64,000 nt of DNA from Eledone cirrhosa (lineage: Eukaryota). The stretch spans positions 25,792,001 to 25,856,000 of the forward strand of contig OZ024740.1 of assembly GCA_964016885.1 (NCBI GenBank). The letters run 5' to 3'. Both the position numbers and the translations under genes were made by a program. Shown here one piece after another: positions 49,801 through 62,750 of the stretch (position 1 is its first letter; the number at the start of each line of letters is the position of its first letter). The notes under the pieces are model-generated. The model worked only from the letters and a program-made list of their open reading frames with translations, was not told where the DNA came from and made no database searches.

Positions 49801-52800
49801 ATTGTAGTTGTAGTTACTTCTATTGTAGTTGTAGTTACTTCTATTGTAGTTGTAGTTACTTCTATTGTAGTTGTAGTTACGTCTATTGTAGTTGTAGTTA
49901 CTTCTCTTGTAGTAGTAGTTACTTGTATTGTAGTTGTAATTAAGTCTATTGTAGTTGTAGTTACTTCTATTGTAGTTGTAGTTACTTCTATTGTAGTTGT
50001 AGTTACTTCTATTGTAGTTGTAGATACTTCTATTGTAGTTGTAGATACTTGTATTGTAGTTGTAGTTACTTCTATTGTAGTTGTAGATACTCCTATTGTA
50101 GTTGTAGTTACTTCTATTGTAGTTGTAGATACTTCTATTGTAGTTGTAGATACTTCTATTGTAGTTGTTCATACTTCTATTGATTGTAGTTGTAGTTACT
50201 TCTATTGTAGTTGTAGTTACTTCTATTGTAGTTGTAGTTACTTCTATTGTAGTTGTAGTTACTTCTATTGTAGTTGTAGTTACTTCTATTGTAGTTGTAG
50301 ATACTTCTATTGTAGTAGTAGTTACTTCTGTTGTAGTTGTTCATACTTCTATTGTAGTTGTAGATACTTCTATTGTAGTTGTTCATACTTCTATTGATTG
50401 TAGTTGTAGTTACTTCTATTGTAGTTGTAGTTACTTCTATTGTAGTTGTAGTTACTTCTATTGTAGTTGTAGTTACTTCTATTGTAGTTGTAGTTACTTC
50501 TATTGTAGTTGTAGTTACTTCTATTGTAGTTGTAGATACTTCTATTGCAGTTGTAGATACTTCTATTGTAGTTGTAATTACTTCTATTGTAGTTGTAGTT
50601 ATTTCTATTGTAGTTGTAGTTACTTCTATTGTAGTTGTAGTTATTTCTATTGTAGTTGTAGATACTTCTATTGTAGTTGTAGTTTCTTCTATTGTAGTTG
50701 TAGATACTTGTATTGTAGTTGTAGTTACTTCTATTGTAGTTGTAGTTACTTCTATTGTAGTTGTAATTACTTCTATTGTAGTTGTAGATACTTCTATTGT
50801 AGATGTAGATACTTCTATTGTAGTTGTAGAAGCTTCTATTGTAGATTTTGTTACTCCTATTGTAGTTGCAGTTACTTCTATTGTAGTTGTAGTTACTTCT
50901 CTTGTAGTTGTAGTTACTTCTATTGTAGTTGTAGTTACTTCTATTGTAGTTGTAGATACTTCTATTGTAGATGTAGATACTTCTATTGTAGTTGTAGTTA
51001 CTTCTATTGTAGTTGTAGTTAGTTCTATTGTAGTTGTAGTTACTTCTATTGTAGTTGTAGTTACTTCTATTGTAGTTGTAGTTACTTCTATTGTAGTTGT
51101 AGTTACTTCTATTGTAGTTGTAGTTATTTCTATTGTAGTTGTAGATATTTCTATTGTAGTTGTAGAAACTTCTATTGTAGTTGTAGTTACTTCTATTGTA
51201 GTTGTAGTTACTTCTATTGTAGTTGTAGTTACTTCTATTGTAGTTGTAGATACTTGTATTGTAGTTGTAGTTACTTCTATTGTAGTTGTAGTTACTTCTA
51301 TTGTAGTTGTAGTTACTTCTATTGTAGTTGTAGATACTCCTATTGTAGTTGTAGTTACTTCTATTGTAGTTGTAGTTACTTCTATTGTAGTTGTAGTTAC
51401 TTCTATTGTAGTTGTAGAAGCTTCTATTGTAGATGTTGTTACTCCTATTGTAGTTGTAGATACTTCTATTGTAGATGTAGATACTTCTATTGTAGTTGTA
51501 GAAGCTTCTATTGTAGATGTTGTTACTCCTATTGTAGTTGTAGTTACTTCTATTGTAGTTGTAGTTACTTCTATTGTAGTTGTAGTTACTTCTATTGTAG
51601 TTGTAGTTACTTCTATTGTAGTTGTAGTTACTTCTATTGTAGTTGTAGTTACTTCTATTGTAGTTGTAGTTACTTCTATTGTAGTTGTAGTTATTTCTAT
51701 TGTAGTTGTAGATATTTCTATTGTAGTTGTAGATACATCTATTGTAGTTGTAGTTACTTCTATTGTAGTTGTAGTTATTTCTATTGTAGTTGTAGTTACT
51801 TTTATTGTAGTTTTAGTTACTTCTATTGTAGTTGTAGTTACTTCTGTTGTAGTTGTAGTTACTTCTATTGTAGTTGTAGTTACTTCTATTGTAGTTGTAG
51901 ATACTTGTATTGTAGTTGTAGATACTTCTATTGTAGTTGTAGTTACTTCTATTGTAGTTGTAGTTACTTCTATTGTATTTGTAGTTATTTCTATTGTAGT
52001 TGTAGTTACTTCTATTGTAGTTGTAGTTACCTCTCTTGTAGTTGTAGTTACTTCTATTGTAGTTATAGTTACTTCTATTGTAGTTGTAGATACTCCTATT
52101 GTAGTTGTAGTTATTTCTATTGTAGTTGTAGTTACTTCTCTTGTAGTTGTAGTTATTTCTATTGTAGTTGTAGTTACTTCTCTTGTAGTTGTAGTTACTT
52201 CTATTGTAGTTGTAGTTACTTCTATTGTAGTTGTAGTTACTTCTATTGTAGTTGTAGTTACTTCTATTGTAGTTGTAGTTACTTCTATTGTAGTTGTAGT
52301 TACTTCTATTGTAGTTGTAGATACTCCTATTTTAGTTGTAGTTACTTCTATTGTAGTTGTAGATACTTCTATTGTAGTTGTAGATACTTCTATTGTAGTT
52401 GTAGTTATTTCTATTGTAGTTGTAGTTACTTCTATTGTAGTTGTAGATACTTCTATTGTAGTTGTAGTTATTTCTATTGTAGTTGTAGATAATTCTATTG
52501 TAGTTGTAGTTTCTTCTATTGTAGTTGTAGATACTTGTATTGTAGTTGTAGTTACTTCTATTGTAGTTGTAGTTACTTCTATTGTAGTTGTAATTACTTC
52601 TATTGTAGTTGTAGATACTTCTATTGTAGATGTAGATACTTCTATTGTAGTTGTAGAAGCTTCTATTGTAGATTTTGTTACTCCTATTGTAGTTGCAGTT
52701 ACTTCTATTGTAGTTGTAGTTACTTCTCTTGTAGCTGTAGTTACTTCTATTGTAGTTGTAGTTACTTCTATTGTAGTTGTAGATACTTCTATTGTAGATG

Positions 52801-55800
52801 TAGATACTTCTATTGTAGTTGTAGTTACTTCTATTGTAGTTGTAGTTAGTTCTATTGTAGTTGTAGTTACTTCTATTGTAGTTGTAGTTACTTCTATTGT
52901 AGTTGTAGTTACTTCTATTGTAGTTGTAGTTACTTCTATTGTAGTTGTAGTTATTTCTATTGTAGTTGTAGATATTTCTATTGTAGTTGTAGATACTTCT
53001 ATTGTAGTTGTAGTTACTTCTATTGTAGTTGTAGTTACTTCTATTGTAGTTGTAGTTACTTCTATTGTAGTTGTAGATACTTGTATTGTAGTTGTAGTTA
53101 CTTCTATTGTAGTTGTAGTTACTTCTATTGTAGTTGTAGTTACTTCTATTGTAGTTGTAGATACTCCTATTGTAGTTGTAGTTACTTCTATTGTAGTTGT
53201 AGTTACTTCTATTGTAGTTGTAGTTACTTCTATTGTAGTTGTAGTTATTACTATTGTAGTTGTAGATACTCCTATTGTAGTTGTAGATACTTCTATTGTA
53301 GATGTAGATACTTCTATTGTAGTTGTAGAAGCTTCTATTGTAGATGTTGTTACTCCTATTGTAGTTGTAGTTACTTCTATTGTAGTTGTAGTTACTTCTA
53401 TTGTAGTTGTAGTTACTTCTATTGTAGTTGTAGTTACTTCTATTGTAGTTGTAGATACTCCTATTGTAGTTGTAGATACTTCTATTGTAGTTGTAGTTAT
53501 TTCTATTGTAGTTGTAGTTAATTCTCTTGTAGTTGTCGTTACTTCTATTGTAGTTGTAGTTACTTCTATTGTAGTTGTAGTTACTTCTATTGTAGTTGTA
53601 GTTACTTCTATTGTAGTTGTAGTTATTTCTATTGTAGGTGTAGTTACTTCTATCGTAGTTGTAGTTACTTCTATTGTAGGTGTAGTTAATTCTATTGTAG
53701 TTGTAGTTACTTCTATTGTAGTTGTAGTTATTTCTATTGTAGTTGTAGTTACTTCTATTGTAGTTGTAGTTATTTCTATTGTAGTTGTAAATACTTCTAT
53801 TGTAGTTGTAGTTTCTTCTATTGTAGTTGTAGATACTTGTATTGTAGTTGTAGTTACTTCTATTGTAGTTGTAGTTACTTCTATTGTAGTTGTAATTACT
53901 TCTATTGTAGTTGTAGATACTTCTATTGTAGATGTAGATACTTCTATTGTAGTTGTAGAACCTTCTATTGTAGATTTTGTTACTCCTATTGTAGTTGCAG
54001 TTACTTCTATTGTAGTTGTAGTTAATTCTCTTGTAGTTGTAGTTACTTCTATTGTAGTTGTAGTTACTTCTATTGTAGTTGTAGATACTTCTATTGTAGA
54101 TGTAGATACTTCTATTGTAGTTGTAGTTACTTCTATTGTAGTTGTAGTTAGTTCTATTGTAGTTGTAGTTACTTCTATTGTAGTTGTAGTTACTTCTATT
54201 GTAGTTGTAGTTACTTCTATTGTAGTTGTAGTTACTTCTATTGTAGTTGTAGTTATTTCTATTGTAGTTGTAGATATTTCTATTGTAGTTGTAGAAACTT
54301 CTATTGTAGTTGTAGTTACTTCTATTGTAGTTGTAGTTACTTCTATTGTAGTTGTAGTTACTTCTATTGTAGTTGTAGATACTTGTATTGTAGTTGTAGT
54401 TACTTCTATTGTAGTTGTAGTTACTTCTATTGTAGTTGTAGTTACTTCTATTGTAGTTGTAGATACTCCTATTGTAGTTGTAGTTACTTCTATTGTAGTT
54501 GTAGTTACTTCTATTGTAGTTGTAGTTACTTCTATTGTAGTTGTAGTTATTTCTATTGTAGTTGTAGATATTTCTATTGTAGTTGTAGAAACTTCTATTG
54601 TAGTTGTAGTTACTTCTATTGTAGTTGTAGTTACTTCTATTGTAGTTGTAGTTACTTCTATTGTAGTTGTAGTTACTTCTATTGTAGTTGTAGTTACTTC
54701 TATTGTAGTTGTAGTTACTTCTATTGTAGTTGTAGTTACTTCTATTGTAGTTGTAGTTATTTCTATTGTAGTTGTAGTTACTTCTATTGTAGTTGTAGTT
54801 ATTTCTATTGTAGTTATAGTTACTTCTCTTGTAGTTGTAGTTACTTCTATTGTAGTTGTAGTTACTTCTATTGTAGTTGTAGTTACTTCTATTGTAGTTG
54901 TAGTTACTTCTATTGTAGTTGTAGTTATTTCTATTGTAGTTGTAGTTACTTCTATTGTAGTTGTAGTTACTTCTATTGTAGTTGTAGTTACTTCTACTGT
55001 AGTTGTAGTTACTTATATTGTAGTTGTAGTTATTTCTATTGTAGTTGTAGTTACTTCTATTGTAGTTGTAGTTACTTCTATTGTAGTTGTAGTTACTTCT
55101 ATTGTAGTTGTAGTTACTTCTATTGTAGTTGTAGTTATTTCTATTGTAGTTGTAGTTACTTCTATTGTAGTTGTAGTTACTTCTATTGTAGTTGTAGATA
55201 CTCCTATTGTAGTTGTAGTTACTTCTATTGTAGTTGTAGTTATTTCTATTGTAGTTGTAGTTACTTCTATTGTAGTTGTAGTTACTTCTATTGTAGTTGT
55301 AGTTACTTATATTGTAGTTGTAGTTACTTCTATTGTAGTTGTAGTTACGTCTATTGTAGTTGTAGTTACTTCTCTTGTAGTAGTAGTTACTTGTATTGTA
55401 GTTGTAATTAAGTCTATTGTAGTTGTAGTTACTTCTATTGTAGTTGTAGTTACTTCTATTGTAGTTGTAGTTACTTCTATTGTAGTTGTAGATACTTCTA
55501 TTGTAGTTGTAGATACTTGTATTGTAGTTGTAGTTACTTCTATTGTAGTTGTAGATACTCCTATTGTAGTTGTAGTTACTTCTATTGTAGTTGTAGATAC
55601 TTCTATTGTAGTTGTAGATACTTCTATTGTAGTTGTTCATACTTCTATTGATTGTAGTTGTAGTTACTTCTATTGTAGTTGTAGTTACTTCTATTGTAGT
55701 TGTAGTTACTTCTATTGTAGTTGTAGTTACTTCTATTGTAGTTGTAGTTACTTCTATTGTAGTTGTAGTTACTTCTATTGTAGTTGTAGATACTTCTATT

Positions 55801-55850
55801 GTAGTTGTAGTTACTTCTGTTGTAGTTGTTCATACTTCTATTGTAGTTGT
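46850..55850. repeat. Higher-order duplication with 5,468-bp offset (260 monomers plus two 4-bp insertions; boundaries approximate)
   Basis: ORF-track pairs 48369/53837, 48915/54383 and 50165/55633 all differ by 5,468. Confidence 0.85.
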
Positions 55851-56049
55851 AGTTACTTCTATTGTAGTTGTAGTTACTTCTATTGTAGTTGTAGTTACTT
55901 CTATTGTAGTTGTAGTTACTTCTATTGTAGTTGTAGTTACTTCTATTGTAGTTGTAGTTACTTCTATTGTAGTTGTAGATACTTCTATTGCAGTTGTAGA
56001 TACTTCTATTGTAGTTGTAATTACTTCTATTGTAGTTGTAGTTACTTCT

Positions 56050-59000
56050 ATTGTAGATGTAGTTACTTCTGTTGTAGTTGTAGTTACTTCTATTGTAGTT
56101 GTAGTTACTTCTATTGTAGTTGTAGTTACTTCTATTGTAGTTGTAGATACTTCTATTGTAGTTGTAGATACTTCTATTGTAGTTGTTCATACTTCTATTG
56201 ATTGTAGTTGTAGTTACTTCTATTGTAGTTGTAGTTACTTCTATTGTAGTTGTAGTTACTTCAATTGTAGTTGTAGTTACTTCTATTGTAGATGTAGTTA
56301 CTTCTATTGTAGTTGTAGTTACTTCTATTGTAGTTGTAGTTATTTATATTGTAGTTGTAGTTACTTCTATTGTAGTTGTAGTTACTTCTATTGTAGTTGT
56401 AGTTACTTCTATTGTAGTTGTAGTTACTTTATTGTAGTTGTAGTTACTTCTATTGTAGTTGTAGATACTTCTATTGTAGTTGTAGATACTTCTATTGTAG
56501 TTGTAATTACTTCTATTGTAGTTGTAGTTACTTCTATTGTAGATGTAGTTACTTCTATTGTAGTTGTAGATACTTCTATTGTAGTTGTAGTTACTTCTAT
56601 TGTAGTTGTAGTTACTTCAATTGAAGTTGTTGTTAATTCTATTGTAGTTGTAGATACTCCTATTGTAGTTATAGATACTTCTATTGTAGTTGTAGTTACT
56701 TCTAGTGTAGTTGTAGCTGTAGTTACTTCTATCCTAGTTGTAGTTACTTCTATTGTAGTAGCAGTTACTTCTATTGTAGTTGTAGATACTTCTATTGTAG
56801 TTGTAGCTGTAGTTACTTCTATTGTAGTTGTAGATGTAGTTACTTCTATTGTAGATGTAGATACTTCTATTGTAGTTGTAGTTACATCTTTTGTAGTTGT
56901 AGTTACTTCTATTGTAGTCGTAGATACTTCTATTGTAGTTGTAGTTACTTCTATCATAGTTGTAGTTACTTCTATTGTAGTTGTAGATATTTCTATTGTA
57001 GTTGTAATTACTTCTATTGTAGTTGTAATTACTTCTATTGTAGTTGTAGTTACTTCTATTGTAGTTTTAGTTAATTCTACTGTAGTTGTAGATATTTCTA
57101 TTGTAGTTGTAGTTACTTCTATTATAGTTTTAGTTAATTCTATTGTAGTTGTAGATATTTCTATTGTAGTTGTAATTACTTCTATTGTAGTTGTAGTTAC
57201 TTCTATTGTAGTTGTAGTTACTTCTATTGTAGTTGTAGATAATTCTATTGTAGTTGTAGTTACTTATATTGTAGTTGTAGATACTTCTATTGTAGTTGTA
57301 GTTACTTCTATTGTAGTATTAGTTACTTCTATTGTAGTTGAAGTTACTTCTATTGTAGTTGTAGTTACATCTATTGTAGTTGTAGATACTTCTAATGTAG
57401 TTGTAGTTGTAGTTACTTCTATTGTAGATGTAGTTACTTATATTGTAGTTGTAGTTACTTCTATTGTAGTTGTAGTTACTTCTATTGTAGTTGTAATTAC
57501 TTCTATTGTAGTTGTAGTTACTTCTATTGTAGTTGTATATACTCCTATTGTAGTTATAGTTGTTGATACTACTATTGCAGATGTAGATATTCTATTGTAG
57601 TTGTAGTTGTAGTTACTTCTATTGTAGTTGTAGATATTTCTATTGTAGTTGTAGATACTTTTATTGTAGTTGTAGTTACTTCTATTTTAGTTGTAGTTAC
57701 TTCTATTGTAGATGTAGTTACTTCTATTGTAGTTGTAGTTACTTCAATTGTAGTTGTAGTTACTTCAATTGTAGTTGTTGTTACTTATATTGTCGTTGTA
57801 TTTACTTCTATTGCAGTTGTAGTTACTTCTATTGTAGTTATAGTTACTTCTATTGAAGCTGTAGTTACTTCTATTGTAGTTGTAGTTACTTCTATTGCAG
57901 TTGTAGTTACTTCTATTGTAGTTATTGTTACTTCTATTGTAGTTGTAGTTACTTCTATTGTAGTTGTTGTTACTTCTATTGTAATTGTAGATACTTCTAT
58001 TGTAGTTGTAGTTACTTCTATTGTAGTTGTAGATACTTCTATTGTAGTTGTAGTTACTTCTAATGTAGTTGTAGTTAGTTCTATTGTAGTTGTAGATACT
58101 TCTATTGTAGTTGTAGTTACTTCTATTGTAGATGTAGTTACTTCTATTGTACTTGTAGATACTTCTATGATAGATGTAGTTACTTCTATTGTAGTTGTAG
58201 TTACTTCTATTGTAGATGTAGTTAATTCTATTGTAGTTGTAGATACTTCTATTGTAGTTGTAGTTACTTCTATTGTAACTGTAGTTACTTCTATTGTAGT
58301 TGCAGTTACTTCTATTGTAGTTGTAGATACTTCTATTGTAGTTGTAGCTGTAGATACTTCTATCCTAGTTGTAGTTACTTCTATTGTAGTTGTAACTACA
58401 TCTATTGTAGTTGTAGTTACTTCTATTGTAGTTGTAGATACTTCTATTGTAGTTGTAGATACTTCTATTGTAGTTGTAATTACTTCTATTGTAGTTGTAG
58501 TTACTTCTATTGTAGATGTAGTTACTTCTATTGTAGTTGTAGATACTTCTATTGTAGTTGTAGTTACTTCTATTGTAGTTGTAGTTACTTCAATTGAAGT
58601 TGTTGTTAATTCTATTGTAGTTGTAGATACTCCTATTGTAGTTATAGATACTTCTATTGTAGTTGTAGTTACTTCTAGTGTAGTTGTAGCTGTAGTTACT
58701 TCTATCCTAGTTGTAGTTACTTCTATTGTAGTAGCAGTTACTTCTATTGTAGTTGTAGATACTTCTATTGTAGTTGTAGCTGTAGTTACTTCTATTGTAG
58801 TTGTAGATGTAGTTACTTCTATTGTAGATGTAGATACTTCTATTGTAGTTGTAGTTACATCTTTTGTAGTTGTAGTTACTTCTATTGTAGTCGTAGATAC
58901 TTCTATTGTAGTTGTAGTTACTTCTATCATAGTTGTAGTTACTTCTATTGTAGTTGTAGATATTTCTATTGTAGTTGTAATTACTTCTATTGTAGTTGTA

Positions 59001-62000
59001 ATTACTTCTATTGTAGTTGTAGTTACTTCTATTGTAGTTTTAGTTAATTCTACTGTAGTTGTAGATATTTCTATTGTAGTTGTAGTTACTTCTATTATAG
59101 TTTTAGTTAATTCTATTGTAGTTGTAGATATTTCTATTGTAGTTGTAATTACTTCTATTGTAGTTGTAGTTACTTCTATTGTAGTTGTAGTTACTTCTAT
59201 TGTAGTTGTAGATAATTCTATTGTAGTTGTAGTTACTTATATTGTAGTTGTAGATACTTCTATTGTAGTTGTAGTTACTTCTATTGTAGTATTAGTTACT
59301 TCTATTGTAGTTGAAGTTACTTCTATTGTAGTTGTAGTTACATCTATTGTAGTTGTAGATACTTCTAATGTAGTTGTAGTTGTAGTTACTTCTATTGTAG
59401 ATGTAGTTACTTATATTGTAGTTGTAGTTACTTCTATTGTAGTTGTAGTTACTTCTATTGTAGTTGTAATTACTTCTATTGTAGTTGTAGTTACTTCTAT
59501 TGTAGTTGTATATACTCCTATTGTAGTTATAGTTGTTGATACTACTATTGCAGATGTAGATATTCTATTGTAGTTGTAGTTGTAGTTACTTCTATTGTAG
59601 TTGTAGATATTTCTATTGTAGTTGTAGATACTTTTATTGTAGTTGTAGTTACTTCTATTTTAGTTGTAGTTACTTCTATTGTAGATGTAGTTACTTCTAT
59701 TGTAGTTGTAGTTACTTCAATTGTAGTTGTAGTTACTTCAATTGTAGTTGTTGTTACTTATATTGTCGTTGTATTTACTTCTATTGCAGTTGTAGTTACT
59801 TCTATTGTAGTTATAGTTACTTCTATTGAAGCTGTAGTTACTTCTATTGTAGTTGTAGTTACTTCTATTGCAGTTGTAGTTACTTCTATTGTAGTTATTG
59901 TTACTTCTATTGTAGTTGTAGTTACTTCTATTGTAGTTGTTGTTACTTCTATTGTAATTGTAGATACTTCTATTGTAGTTGTAGTTACTTCTATTGTAGT
60001 TGTAGATACTTCTATTGTAGTTGTAGTTACTTCTAATGTAGTTGTAGTTAGTTCTATTGTAGTTGTAGATACTTCTATTGTAGTTGTAGTTACTTCTATT
60101 GTAGATGTAGTTACTTCTATTGTACTTGTAGATACTTCTATGATAGATGTAGTTACTTCTATTGTAGTTGTAGTTACTTCTATTGTAGATGTAGTTAATT
60201 CTATTGTAGTTGTAGATACTTCTATTGTAGTTGTAGTTACTTCTATTGTAACTGTAGTTACTTCTATTGTAGTTGCAGTTACTTCTATTGTAGTTGTAGA
60301 TACTTCTATTGTAGTTGTAGCTGTAGATACTTCTATCCTAGTTGTAGTTACTTCTATTGTAGTTGTAACTACATCTATTGTAGTTGTAGTTACTTCTATT
60401 GTAGTTGTAGTTACTTCTATTGTAGTTGTAGATACTTCTATTGTAGTTGTAGTTACTTCTATTGTAGTTGTAGATACTTCTATTGTAGTTGTAGATACTT
60501 CTATTGTAGTTGTTCATACTTCTATTGATTGTAGTTGTAGTTACTTCTATTGTAGATGTAGTTACTTCTATTGTAGTTGTAGTTACTTCAATTGTAGTTG
60601 TAGTTACTTCTATTGTAGTTGTAGTTACTTCTATTGTAGTTGTAGTTACTTCTATTGTAGTTGTAGTTATTTCTATTGTAGTTGTAGTTACTTCTATTGT
60701 AGTTGTAGTTACTTCTATTGTAGTTGTAGTTACTTCTATTGTAGTTGTAGTTACTTTATTGTAGTTGTAGTTACTTCTATTGTAGTTGTAGATACTTCTA
60801 TTGTAGTTGTAGATACTTCTATTGTAGTTGTAATTACTTCTATTGTAGTTGTAGTTACTTCTATTGTAGATGTAGTTACTTCTATTGTAGTTGTAGATAC
60901 TTCTATTGTAGTTGTAGTTACTTCTATTGTATTTGTAGTTACTTCAATTGAAGTTGTTGTTAATTCTATTGTAGTTGTAGATACTCCTATTGTAGTTATA
61001 GATACTTCTATTGTAGTTGTAGTTACTTCTAGTGTAGTTGTAGCTGTAGTTACTTCTATCCTAGTTGTAGTTACTTCGATTGTAGTAGCAGTTAGTTCTA
61101 TTGTAGTTGTAGATACTTCTATTGTAGTTGTAGCTGTAGTTACTTCTATTGTAGTTGTAGATGTAGTTACTTCTATTGTAGATGTAGATACTTCTATTGT
61201 AGTTGTAGTTACATCTTTTGTAGTTGTAGTTACTTCTATTGTAGTCGTAGATACTTCTATTGTAGTTGTAGTTACTTCTATCATAGTTGTAGTTACTTCT
61301 ATTGTAGTTGTAGATATTTCTATTGTAGTTGTAATTACTTCTATTGTAGTTGTAATTACTTCTATTGTAGTTGTAGTTACTTCTATTGTAGTTTTAGTTA
61401 ATTCTATTGTAGTTGTAGATATTTCTATTGTAGTTGTAGTTACTTCTATTATAGTTTTAGTTAATTCTATTGTAGTTGTAGATATTTCTATTGTAGTTGT
61501 AATTACTTCTATTGTAGTTGTAGTTACTTCTATTGTAGTTGTAGTTACTTCTATTGTAGTTGTAGATAATTCTATTGTAGTTGTAGTTACTTATATTGTA
61601 GTTGTAGATACTTCTATTGTAGTTGTAGTTACTTCTATTGTAGTATTAGTTACTTCTATTGTAGTTGAAGTTACTTCTATTGTAGTTGTAGTTACATCTA
61701 TTGTAGTTGTAGATACTTCTAATGTAGTTGTAGTTGTAGTTACTTCTATTGTAGATGTAGTTACTTATATTGTAGTTGTAGTTACTTCTATTGTAGTTGT
61801 AGTTACTTCTATTGTAGTTGTAATTACTTCTATTGTAGTTGTAGTTACTTCTATTGTAGTTGTATATACTCCTATTGTAGTTATAGTTTTTGATACTACT
61901 ATTGCAGATGTAGATATTCTATTGTAGTTGTAGTTGTAGTTACTTCTATTGTAGTTGTAGATATTTCTATTGTAGTTGTAGATACTTTTATTGTAGTTGT

Positions 62001-62750
62001 AGTTACTTCTATTTTAGTTGTAGTTACTTCTATTGTAGATGTAGTTACTTCTATTGTAGTTGTAGTTACTTCAATTGTAGTTGTAGTTACTTCAATTGTA
62101 GTTGTTGTTACTTATATTGTCGTTGTATTTACTTCTATTGCAGTTGTAGTTACTTCTATTGTAGTCATAGTTACTTCTATTGAAGCTGTAGTTACTTCTA
62201 TTGTAGTTGTAGTTACTTCTATTGCAGTTGTAGTTACTTCTATTGTAGTTATTGTTACTTCTATTGTAGTTGTAGTTACTTCTATTGTAGTTGTTGTTAC
62301 TTCTATTGTAGTTGTAGATACTTCTATTGTAGTTGTAGTTACTTCTATTGTAGTTGTAGATATTTCTATTGTAGTTGTAGTTACTTCTAATGTAGTTGTA
62401 GTTAGTTCTATTGTAGTTGTAGATACTTCTATTGTAGTTGTAGTTACTTCTATTGTAGATGTAGTTACTTCTATTGTACTTGTAGATACTTCTATGATAG
62501 ATGTAGTTACTTCTATTGTAGTTGTAGTTACTTCTATTGTAGATGTAGTTAATACTATTGTAGTTGTAGATACTTCTATTGTAGTTGTAGTTACTTCTAT
62601 TGTAACTGTAGTTACTTCTATTGTAGTTGCAGTTACTTCTATTGTAGTTGTAGATACTTCTATTGTAGTTGTAGCTGTAGATACTTCTATCCTAGTTGTA
62701 GTTACTTCTATTGTAGTTGTAACTACATCTATTGTAGTTGTAGTTACTTC
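56050..62750. repeat. Three near-identical copies of a ~2.0-2.35-kb higher-order unit built from diverged monomers (boundaries approximate)
   Basis: Landmarks recur at 56957/58930/61284 and 58167/60140/62494 (offsets 1,973 and 2,354). The extra 381 bp before copy 3 resembles ~56050..56430. Confidence 0.9.

Noticed and set aside
40414-55640. Minus-strand ORFs (NYNYNRS)n / (TTTTIEV)n up to 3,252 aa as real CDS
   Set aside because: There is no signal peptide or unique domain, a mid-ORF switch of repeat frame at a 1-bp deletion (~44202), and recurrent stops and frameshifts elsewhere in the array. Kept only as a low-probability origin hypothesis.
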